In this document: positions 37,801 through 49,623 of the stretch, piece by piece | How the letters are laid out: each line of letters starts with the position of its first letter | Numbering within the stretch: position 1 is the first letter of the stretch | Assembly (NCBI GenBank): GCA_000165425.1 | Contig: CT868341.1 | Location: 434,001-483,623 of the forward strand | Origin: Paramecium tetraurelia | Lineage: Eukaryota | Length of the DNA stretch: 49,623 nucleotides | Direction: 5' to 3' | The notes under the pieces: generated by a model | Told to the model about the DNA's origin: nothing | Database searches by the model: none | The model's input: only the letters and a program-made list of their open reading frames with translations | Position numbers and translations under genes: made by a program

Positions 37801-39368
37801 GTTAGAAATAAAAAGAATTAGTCAAAGAATTAATGTTGTTTATTAATTTTAATATTAATACACTTGGTATTACTTCAAGTTATGAAGAATAATAAGTACT
37901 GAACTAAAACAATTCTTTTTTATATTAACAGATTGTATAAAATTTATGAAATTGAAAAATAGAGGTGATTCTTTTCTCATTTAATTTCTTTCGATCTAAA
38001 TTCAGAATAAATTAATGTATTTAGCGTATTTTTGATTGAAAAATATTATTTTTTACCTTAACAATTATAATTTACTGTTTTTAGGAAAATTAGTATTTTT
38101 GATATTAATGATTAGGATTTCATTATAAATTTGATTAGGGAAGGATGCAAATATATTGTAAATCAACATCATAAGGCTTATGGGCACCCTAAATCATGCA
38201 TAATTCTTTAGGATGAAAACTAAAATGATTAAATTTAATTCAAAAATATTTTTCTATAATAGGAGAATGATGAAGTCTTCAAACATTAAATTTATAATTT
38301 CAAATCATTAACACAATTAAGAACGGTGGTGTATCAATAATTTTGATTTGTGTTTGAATTAATTTTCTTAATAATGAGAAGATGTTTAAAACATGTTAAA
38401 ATGAAAACAGTTTTACAAAAACAAAACAATAAAACAAGAGATTTTGCTCTAATACCACTCTATTGAATTCATCCATTTACTACATATACATCTGATATTG
38501 GCTTTATAACTTGGTTGAATCTATTCTATTTTATTAATATTTTAGTTTTGGTTTTAGTGAAAATAATTTTTCTTTTTTGGATTGTTCAAAAATCAATTAA
38601 TTTCATAGTTAGCTAAAATGTTAATAAATTTACTTGAATTTGAATTTTTCCTTTTTTGTAATAAATTGTTGATAAATATCATAGAATTCTAGAAATGATG
38701 ATTTATCTTTTTATGTATAATTACTATATTTTAGATTTATATTGAAATTACCTTTATAATTATTTATTATACAATTGAGTTTATCGCTACTTGATTGTTA
38801 TATTCTAATAATACTGTCATGTTAGGTAAATTATGTGAAAATCAAAGGTTAAATGAATTTAATCATCATGCTATACAAACAGTTATTACTAAAACTATAA
38901 TTAGAATAACCAAAAAACCTACTTCCACAAATATCCAAAAGCACATAATAATATTTAGTGGATGATGATACTACATTTAATGATTGAAATCGATTATAAA
39001 TCTGAGAACAGTATAATGCTTAAGTGTTAATAAATAAAAACTTAATTTCTATCCATTTCAAAAGAAACTCATTTCAAGTTTTCTAATTATTATCTGAGCT
39101 TTATGATAATGAAATCTATTAAGTTGATTTTAATTTAATTCTATCTTGAGAGCTTAGGGGAAATATTCCTATAATTTTGATAGGTAGATAACTCTTAGAT
39201 AATGATTAATTAAAATAAAATAAAAAGATGAACAAGTCAGGAAGTATGTATTGTACAACAAGAGATGATAAATATAAAACTACTTTTGAATAGTGACTGC
39301 TAAATAATTCATTTTCTATCTTTCCTATTCATAATTTGAAAAGAATCTTTTTAATACTAAATTGGATA

Positions 39369-41797
39369 TCAAGATTAGTTTTACATTTTTCTTACACCGT
39401 TTCCTTTTATATCCATTTTATCCCATTTCCCTGTCTTTTTACCATTTATATATTCCCCTAAATACACTTTTTAATTATTATAAGTGAATTCTTGAGCCAA
39501 TTCAATCCAAACTCCAGATTTAATTGAAATTTCAAACCCATTATTTTGTTATATAATCTTATACGATCCTCCTCCACTAAATTATATATTATATTCTAAA
39601 ACATACATAATTGAAATTTTTTTAGTAAGTACATCTTTATATTGAATTTTCCATTCACCAACTTTTAAACCATTTATATATTCACCTACAAAAAGAATTT
39701 CACTTTAACTTATCTTATAAATGATTTAAATTACTGCCAAAACTTATCTTCGAACTCAATCCAATATCCAGACTTAATTGAAATACTTAATACTGAATTA
39801 ATTTGTTTAATATCATATGATCCTCCCCCACTATCATTAAATTGAATATTAATAGATTAATTACATGCACTCAAATTATGATTTTTACAAGCCACCATTC
39901 TTATTAAACATATCCCATTTGCCAAACTTTTTGCCGTTTAAATATTGACCATTAAAAGTAACTTGATCACTCCACCTAAAACCACTACTCAACTCAATCC
40001 ACCTTCCAGTTTTTTAGGAATCCCCATCTCGTTCTATGATATACTCTCCGCCACCTCTTGTTAAAAAGCATAACAAATAACCATCTTACATTTATTCCTT
40101 CTTCTGAGCAATAACATCTTTAAAATAAGACTTCCATATTCCTACTTTTATTCCATTTTAATACTCTCCTTCTAAAGTAACTAAGCTCTATCTACTTTAA
40201 ATAATTTATTGATACTCCCAAAGCGTATCATTCATTTCAATCCATCTACCATTCTTGACTGTAGAATCGTTAACAATAGTACTACTATAAACTCCACCAC
40301 CACTATTAAAAGAGAAAAATAAGCAAAATACATTAAATTAAATTTGTTATTTTCTCCTTATTATTTAAAGAAAGCATCCCATCTGTCAACTTTTTTCCCA
40401 TCTCTATATTTGCCATTATATGTCAATTAGTTAAATCTTTTAATATGAATAATTAATATACAAATTAAATTTAGAGCATTATTCTATCCAATCTCCAACT
40501 TTTACTGAATCCTTTTAGCCTTCATTCATATATTAACCACCACCACTTGATTAAAGATTATGTTGTTAAATGTATACATCTTTTTGAATTAATTTGTTTC
40601 AATCGACTTGAACAGTACATCCCAATATCCATCTTTTTTCCCATTTTTATAAAATCCAGTATGAATTATTTATCTCAACCTATATTGAAGTTACTATTAT
40701 ACTCTCCAAATCCATCATTTAATTCAATCCAACTTCCACTCTTCATTTGATCATAAAAGCCATTATCACCTTCTTTTAGTTCATACTATCCACCTCCCCT
40801 TGATTTGAAAAGTTATGATATTCTTTTACATTTATACATAATTTGAATGTAATTTATTGGATTTGTATAAAATATCCCAATTACCAACTTTTCTTCCATC
40901 TTTGTAAACACCAGAGTGAATAATTTAACCTTCACTAAATTTTAAAAACTATTATACTCCCAAAATTAATCATTTTATTCAATCCATTTTCCTTGCTTAA
41001 TATTTATTTAAATGCTTTCATTTTGTTTTTCTTAAACGTAAGTTCCACAGCCTCTATTTCAAAAATATTTAGAAAATCATATTTACACGATTTTAAAGAG
41101 ATTGTTGTCATTTTTTGATTTATACAGAATATCCCATAGACCTACTTTTTTGCCATTGAAATATTCTCCATAATACATGAGCTAACTTTTACTAAATATT
41201 TATTTTATTGATTAAAAAATACTTCCAAAAATTATCGCTTAATTCAAACCATTTACCACCTTTCTAGCCTTAAAAGTTGTATGATCCACCTCCTCTAAAA
41301 ATTTCTTTAATTTCATTACATCTCTTGACCGTCATAAAGGAGTTTCCACCTTCCTACTTTGATACCATTCTTATATTCTCCAACCTCATATACCTGGGAT
41401 TCACTATACATCAATTAATTATTATCAATTACCTCCAATACGTTGTTATTAGATCTTTCCAAATACCTTATTTTTATCCATTTTTGGAGTAATAACCTCC
41501 AACATTGGACAAAATTTCTTCTTTCCAAACTGCCTCCCAATTGCCTATTTTATCATTTTTTTCTCCACATTTTCCAAACCATCTAAGGTATTTAACTTAA
41601 TCTAAATTTACAAGATCTTCCCCATTAAAAACAAGATCCTTTTAATAATCACTTTATTGTGAAAATTGATACATCCTTAAAATTTACCCATCCTTAGAGC
41701 AAATGATTTTATTTTCTGAGTTAAATAAAGTATGTAATTTTATCTTCAAAAATCTTTTACTCTAATCATCCCAATATTTTGATTCAATTTCTTTCAT
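39369..41797 (-). CDS. Gly/Trp tandem-repeat protein (GGGxY..KxGxWIE..GEYxNGKKVGxWD; MORN-variant-like), ciliate-expanded type
   Basis: Nine repeat units spaced about 210-255 nt. About 16 tiny introns give a continuous code-6 frame. Start ATG 41797 is uncertain; TGA 39369-39371. Confidence 0.82.
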
Positions 41798-42390
41798 TTT
41801 ATTTTTAATATTTACATTTTTTCAAGAATAAATTCATTTTCATCATATCAATTAAATGCTAAAGAAATATAAGTAAATATTTAAACCATACCCTAAATTA
41901 TGAGAGGTTTTTCAAAATATTTTGAGTGATTCACAAACCCTTTTTCCTACTTTTAAGTCAAACGTCCTTTTAATTTAATAAAATTCAAGTAAAGATATAG
42001 TTACAAAATTACAATTAAGATCTTAATATGAAGAATAATAAAATTCATTATCTAAACTGGATTTAGCTTGAAATTTGAATTTCGTTCAAAAGCAAAATTT
42101 AAAGATAATATAGGAATTTTCCTATGAGTGAACGTTCTAATTTGCAGTAATTCATTAATATTGAATTCTGTTTTAAAGAAATATAGAAAACTTCAATATA
42201 AAGAGACATCATATATATTTAATATATAATTCTAATTCTTTAGACTCACATCAATAATTGTTTATAAAATATTAGAAATATTTGTAAAGAAAAAATGCAA
42301 GACTTTTTCAGTATTTTTTTTTATGACTTCTAAATGAGTTTATGATAGATGTAAGATTTTTATAGATATAATAATTATTATAAACTGTTT

Positions 42391-45300
42391 TCATATGTTA
42401 ATTCTTTATTCTTCCAAAATTATGCTTCCTTTTTGCTAGAAAAGTCTCCTTAAATCCATTTTGAAATGATTGATGAACTAACCTTGTAAGATTTAAGTTC
42501 CCTTGGCTTCACAATGTTCATACTAGGAAATTCGAAGGACAGTTAAGCAATCATAAACTAATTATTTAGAAGAAAATTACATTTCTTTTTCTAAAGTAGA
42601 TTTTCCTCAATATTAGGTTATAATTGGTAAAAAATCTCTTAATAACCGCTATCAGAAGGTGATAGTTGCTACTCTAAATTTATATCCCACATATTTATTG
42701 ATTTATCTAAGGCTCCTTATGCAACAACAGTGCCATCAGAAGAAAAGCATAAGATTTACACCTAATTAGTTAATCCTCTTAACTTTAATTTTTCACTTCC
42801 AGAATTTACATCCCACAATCTTAATGATCCATCAAGACTACCTGAAGCTAATATAGTCCCTTTTGGGGAGAATTATAAGGATAAAACTGATTTGCTATGC
42901 CCATTAATTCTGATCTTCAAATTTCCTGACTTTGTATCCCATAAATAAATAGATGCATCAAAGCTGCCTGATGCTAATATTGCTCCATCAGGAGAGAAAG
43001 TGACTGATTCCACTCTTTAGTTATGTCCAATTAATTTCATTTTTTGATCTCCTGACTTTAAGTCCCATAATCTTATCAATTTGTCTAAACAACCTGTAGC
43101 CAAAGTAGTACCATCAGGAGATAAACATGCTGATATTGCTCTTAATTATAATTTTTTGTCTTATTTCTAACTTACATCCCATAAACGAATTGATTTGTCA
43201 TAACTACTTGAAACTAATAGATTACTATCAGGAGAAAAGTTTATTTGGGAAACAGAATCATTATGGCCTTCCAATATATACAATTCTTGCATTAAATTTA
43301 AATCCCATATAGAGATTGAGTAACTCCAACTGGCAAATGCCAATAAAGTGCCATCAGGAGAGAAACATACTGAACGACTGTTTCCTTCAATTTTTTTTAT
43401 TTCTTCCCCTGAAGCCACTCTCCATAAACGAATTGATTAATCGTGACTACTGGATGCCAAAATGTCTCCAAAGGAGGAGAAACAAACTGAATAGACTCTT
43501 TCATTATGTCCTTCTAATTTTAATTTCTGCTATCCTGAGTCCATATCCCACAAAAGAATGGAATTATCTCCACAACCTGAAGCCAAAATCAACCCATCAG
43601 GAGAAAAACAAACTGATAAGACTGACCCATTAATTCCTTCTAATTTTATTTTTTGTTTCCACAACTTTAGATCCCATAAAAGGATAGATTTATCTTCACC
43701 TCCTGATGCTAAAGTATTACCGTCAGGAGAAAAACATATAGAATAGATTTCTTATGTATGCAGTTCTAATAAATTCTTTTACTGCCCTGATTCTACATCC
43801 CATAGACGAATAGATTTATCATCGCTACCGGAGGCTAGAAGAGTGCCATCAGGAGAAAAACATATTGAATAGACCCAACTTCGATGTCCTTCTAAGTTAT
43901 TTTTCTCTTGCCCTGATTTTGCATCCCACAGTCGAATTGAATTATCGCCGTTACCAGAAGCTAATATTGTACCATCAGGAGAGAAACAAACTGAAAAAAC
44001 CCAATTAATTTTACCCTATTATTTTTGATTATTTTTATCAGACCTCACATCCCATAAACAAATCAACTAATCTCCGCCCCCAGAGGCTAAAGTAGTGCCA
44101 TCTGGAGAGAAGCATACTGTACTAATCCAACTTCGATGACCTTCTAACCTTTTCCTTTCTTAACCTGACCTAAGATCCCATATACGGATCGATTTATCTT
44201 AACTACCTGACGCAAGTATATTGCCGTCTGGAGAGAAGCATATTGAACGAATCCAATTTTGATGACCTTCAAATATTTATTTTACTTGTCCCAACCTGAT
44301 GTCCCAAATGCGAATAGATTTATCCTCACTTCCAGAAGCTAAAGTTGCCCCATCAGGAGAGAATTTTACTGATTAAATACATCCACTATGCCCTTCTAAC
44401 TTTTTCTTTTCTAATCCTGTCTTCAGACTCCATAAGCGAATTACTTTATCTCCGCTACCTGAAGCTAGCGTATTACCATCAGGAGAGAAGCAAACTGAAT
44501 AGACACCTAATTTATGTCCATCTAACTTTAATTTCTCTAATCCTGATTTTACATCCCACAATCGAAGAGAGCAATCATAGCTGCCAGAGGCTAAAGTCGC
44601 TCCATCGGGAGAAAAACATAAAGATTGCACAAAATCATTATGCCCTTCTAGCAAGAATCTTTATTATCCTGTCTCAATATTCCAAAGACGTATAGATCTA
44701 TCGAAACTTCCTGAAGCTAAAATAGAGTCGTCAGGTGCAATACATAGAGTTGATACTTTTTCAGTGTGACCTTTTAACTTTTTCATATCTTAACCTAGCT
44801 TGACATCCCATAAAATGATAGATTTATCTTCACTTGCTGAAGCTAAAAATTTCCCGTCAGAAGTGAAGCATATTGAATAAACACTTCCCTTATGCCCAAT
44901 TATTTTATGTAGCTCATATATCTAAAGATTATTCCATTTGCAATTATAAAGCAATGTTCCGTTCAAATTTATCCCATCGATATTTACATTCTCAAATTCA
45001 GAACCACTTAAATCACTAAATGCAAAATTACTTGCATATAATGTTGTGTTTTTGATTTTGATATTTCTAAAACTTTATCTGGTAAGATCGATTTTCATCT
45101 CAACTAAAAAATTAATACAATTAGATCCGCTTTAAATAAAACCATCATCTAATGCAGTGAGATGCACTATAAATTGTAAAAATTGAATAATCGTTTCTTC
45201 TTTTTAAATCTTTTGGATAAGAAACTTTCTAGTTTCTCTGTGACTTTACGTTGAATAATTAACACTACTCAAGTCATGTTACTTTATAATTCTAAGAATA

Positions 45301-48300
45301 GTAGTTATCTTTTTAAAATTACTTTCTATAACATCTAATTATTTTTACTTCTCATATAAAGATAAATTATTATTTTAAATACACATTTCATAATGCTTCT
45401 AACTAACATGCTTTTCAAGAAATAATACACAATCTTTAACTTATTCAGTTTCCAAAATTTTGATACACCTTTCTAAGCAAGATTTTTCGATATCTTTTGT
45501 TGCTATTAAAACCTCAAATATATCAGAAGCAATCATGAATTCTGAAATTGATTTATGAACAAATTAAAAGTTGCCACCCTTTTACTTAACAAACGAACAG
45601 CTTCTTATATCTTTTTTGAGATGTCCATCTTGTCCGTCATCATTGAAAAATTCGTTTAACCATTTATTTTCATCGGTTTCATCTTTATATAAAAACCCTT
45701 ATTATTTATATTAAACCTAAGTTACTTCTTTAATACTCATCTATTTAGCCAGCTTTATTGAGTATTTTTGTAAATCATAAAGAAAACGATCAGTATTAAT
45801 AGATTTTCCTAAATTCCTTTATTTTTCAATCTATCTGAAATGATATTAACTAATAAATTCCTCATAAAAATCATAACTAGTAAGATTTTATTCTCTTAAA
45901 GAATCGCAAATAAGTTTGGCTATTCTTTCATTTGAAATTGGAACTTTTTTTATAACTTCAAACTAAAAAAGAATATTCTTTATGTTATTAAAGTCGAATA
46001 TGTAATTGAGCTTTTAATTTAACTCATTTATCTCTGATAATTAAAATTAGCTAAAAAACTAATTTTGTTCTAAAATATTCCAAATTTCAATAGATAGTTA
46101 AATATAATCAATACTTGTTAAAACTTCAATATCTTATTTATTATATTAATCTTGTTGATGATTTTCAAATTTGAGAGTATCTGGAGTTTATTCATCTTAA
46201 GCATTTTTTAACAAATTTGAAGATTTTAAGTTCTAGTTTTAATATAATTTTATCAGATATAGACTCATTAATAACTCTTATATCTTTTTGGATAAATTCT
46301 TAATAAAATTTTATTTTAATTTGAGAATCTCTGTTACTTTAGCCAACATTTAAGGTAGTACTTAAACAATAATTTCCATCATATAAGGGGTATCAATCAA
46401 TTTATCGAGATTAATCATCTTGATCATAGCTTCATACTTTTCAACACTCCAAAGCTTCTATAAATTAATATCAAGCCTTCTGAGTGCTTCATTGCTTTAT
46501 AAAGAGATGAGTTAATCGTTTTTCAAAAATAGTATAATTTCCTCTATCTACTTCTTTTAAAGTAAAATTTCAGCTGAAGTTTTTAAAGGAGATTACTTTA
46601 AAAATTCAGTTTGGAACTTATGCCAAAATAATTCAAACTTCTAGAGATCCATTGAAATTTAGTTTAACATTTTTGTTTACCATTCATAGATTTCAAAAAT
46701 CAACACTTTAATACTTAAATATGTAAACTACTTTATGTATTCCTTTTTTTAAATTTGGTCGAATTTTAAGATTTAGATTTCTTTTAGTTTTGCTTTATCT
46801 TCAGGTGCAAACCAATCAGAATAATTGCTGCTTGTTAGAATCTCACTTCTTGTTGTAAATATAACTAAAGGGTTTGACCAATTTGAATAAAGCTTATTGA
46901 TAATATATATATTTTTTTTGATATTCTCTAATTTCATTTCATCGTAACTATCCATCAAAATTAGCAATCGAAACTTTCTTATTTCTAGCAACTCCTTACA
47001 TTCTTTTAATTATAAATCATCAAAACCGTACTCATCCTGACGAAGTGCTTCCTCTATGATTTAAAAAGCAGGATTTTTTACAGAAGGTAAAGAAATATAT
47101 ATTGGTACAAGTACATATTCATTAACCTTAATATTACTTTCATTTAATTTCCAAACAAATTCTTCTATTTTTTTAGCAACAGTACTTTTGCCAGATCCAG
47201 CTACCCCATGTATTAGCAATACAGTTTCATTTTCTTTTAATAAAAATTTATTCACTTCTCCTGATAAATCATCAAATTATTCTAAATTCATCAAATTATT
47301 TGTATTTCTTTTCGTTTTGTCTTAACTTTTTAATGGTACATATATTGTTTTTACGTTTTTTTAAGCTGCCTCTTTAAGTACCTTCCATTTCCTAATTTCA
47401 AGTAATTATTAAACAGATTTCCCTCTTAAAGATTTAATATCATCACTCATACTTTTTAATTAATCTTTCATTTAATTTATCTTTGCTTCTACTCTATTTA
47501 ATCCTTTTCTAATGTGATTTACAAAATCTGTGATAAGTTTTAGTTATTATCCCATCTCACTTATGTTTTCAATATATTCATCTAATTGTTGAGTTGTTTC
47601 ATCTAATTCTATAAGTTGTTGATCCCTTTTTGTAAGATTGGCTTCATGAAAAATTTATTCTTACAAATCATCTATTTTCCTTAGCATCTATTGCATTTAA
47701 CTTGAAATTCTATCCTGCTATGTCCTCCAATCTTTTTGCAGAATCTAAACTTATTTAGCAATCAAATCTTGGTTTTTTAATAAATTTCTAACTCTTTAAT
47801 CCTTTTCTAAAGTCCAAATTTAAATCAATGCCTATTGGCAAAATTCAATTATTGTATCTGAAAAGCAATTTGATGAAATTTAAATAATAGTAAATATTAA
47901 TCCCTATTTAATTTTCCATTCATCATTGTTTTTAAAATCTTGATACTTTTGTCCCATAGTTTCAAAAAAGCCTTACTGTTGATTTAATTCATCATCCATT
48001 TCTTTATCTTAATTATCCAACTAATATATTTTAGCAAATTTTTGAATAAATAACTCTTATTCAAAAGTTATCTTTTCATTTATCAATCCTTTCTCAAAGG
48101 ATTATTCTTGGGAAAAACCTTTTAATTCATTCAAAAAGTCATAAATGCTGATTTAGTAATTACTATTATTTTCATCGCATATTTTCTCATTTTCATTTTT
48201 TACTTTATCCAAAGAGATCTTTAATCTATCAAAATATTTCCTAGAATTTTCGTTTTCTTTTTATAAATCCTGTCCAATCCATTATAAATTTTCATAGTTA

Positions 48301-49623
48301 GTAATAAACTATAACAGATAAACATTAAAGTTATTTTGTAATTTTGCTTAAGTTTCTGCTTTATATTTTTGAAATTGACAAAGTCTGCAAGAATATTATT
48401 ATATTTCTTCAAGGATTTTAGTTAATATCTACTTTTCTTCTTTTAAAAGTTTTTATTGTAATTTCACAGTTAAAGTAAAGATCCATATTGCAAAAGAAAA
48501 TTTTTCATCAGATTTGAAATCCAAAACTTCTACTTGGGAAGCATTGACATTTATTTTTTCGATCTTATTTTCTTCTTTTTCTTCATTCAATTTTATGTCG
48601 TAATCTATTTTCTATACAGTTTGTCTTATCTAATTACATCTCTCCATAGATATATCTTTTTAATTAATATCATTATATTCCTAAAAGTACTTTTTGCATA
48701 CATCTTATTTATTTTATAAATCTAGGATTTCTTCTTCTATTAAAATTTTTTAAATCTCTATGTTTTAATATAAGGAGGTCTTTAAAGTATTAAGGACTAT
48801 TTAAGTTTAATTAATTAATTAATTTAATGCATCTATCTTCAGATGATTGCTGATATTCTTTGTAATTTCCTTTTAGTAAAATATTAATTAATTATAAAAA
48901 TTCTCATATTTTTCTATCTCTAAATTTAATGTCTGCAGTGAAAAAGGTATTTAAGTTAGTATTTTTAAAGATTCATTAATTTAAGCATCCTCAAATACTT
49001 TTTCAATCTTATCAACATACTCAGATGATGATTAATTTCTGAATAAATCGTCAAATTCCTTTTCAATCAGCTCTAAATCCTCTCTGTATGCTTCATTAAT
49101 TTATTCTTCTAAACCTACTTAGTACAGTAAATGTTCCAAAACTCCAATTTACCTAGATAATTTGGTTGAGAAATCTTCTTCAGAAAGTTGTATAGTTTTT
49201 AATTCATTGATAGAATGCTTGTAAAAATTATTATTATAACAAATAATTCTTTTTGGAAAATTGATAACTACTTGAAGAAGAAAACCCTCCAAATTAATTA
49301 TTGATAACAATTTTGACAATTCCTCTTGTTAAGCAAATTTCAAAATACACCAGAATTTTTCTTAAAATGCAAATAACTTAAATTTTAAAATTTAAACTTC
49401 AAACCTTAATTCTTAAATAAGTTGCGTTGTGTTAGAATCAATCAATTTTTTTTTAATCATTAGTAAGTTTTCATCAGTTAAAGATATATCATCTATTTAA
49501 TTATTTATGATCATCATTTATTTTAGGATCGTCATATGCTCATCAAAATTTTAATTTAATTAATCATTGAATTATGAATATGTCAAAAAAATACCCTATA
49601 ATGAAACCTCAAAACAAATCGTT
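42391..49623 (-). CDS. Giant NACHT - pentapeptide - WD40 (NWD / NLR-like STAND) protein, 5' end beyond the window, more than 2400 aa
   Basis: Walker [15 protein letters not shown] (about 47180-47225), Walker [17 protein letters not shown] sensor, TPYM and FVHKSISEF winged-helix motifs, pentapeptide stretch (about 44940-45100), 18 WD40 repeats. All ORF-track fragments of these domains share one frame; one 23-nt intron near 42559-42581; TGA 42391-42393. Confidence 0.92.
42680..44915 (-). repeat. 18 tandem WD40 units of about 126 nt (42 aa) with high internal nucleotide similarity
   Basis: Recurrent + strand motifs ccatcaggagagaa and tccca at 126-nt period; consensus [42 protein letters not shown]. 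Confidence 0.92.

Noticed and set aside
42680..44915. Regular 126-nt periodicity as a CRISPR array or satellite
   Set aside because: The units are in-frame WD40 coding repeats without a repeat-spacer structure, and the host is eukaryotic.

Overview
Very AT-rich, gene-dense ciliate macronuclear DNA, most consistent with Paramecium (aurelia-type). Genes read through TAA/TAG as Gln with TGA as the only stop (translation table 6), and introns are tiny (about 21-34 nt, GT..AG). The supplied standard-code ORF track therefore fragments or misses almost every gene, so I retranslated by eye. About 25 protein-coding genes are supported. Recognisable ones: SF-assemblin, outer-arm dynein LC4-like EF-hand protein, PP6 catalytic subunit, a CK1-like pseudokinase, an SPX-EXS (XPR1/PHO1-type) exporter, a NUDT6-like Nudix hydrolase, a theta-class GST, ribosomal protein eS30, RING-LRR and RING-H2 E3 candidates, a TPR protein, Dsk2/ubiquilin and an ATPase-dead MCMDC2/Mcmd1-like MCM protein. 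The right-hand end, after a 150-N assembly gap, looks like an accessory multigene region. It holds one of two inverted copies of a secreted galactose-binding-like protein, a Gly/Trp repeat protein whose introns repeat with the protein repeat, and a >2400-aa NACHT-pentapeptide-WD40 NLR-like protein with 18 position-specifically variable WD repeats. All family assignments come from motifs I recognised, not database searches.
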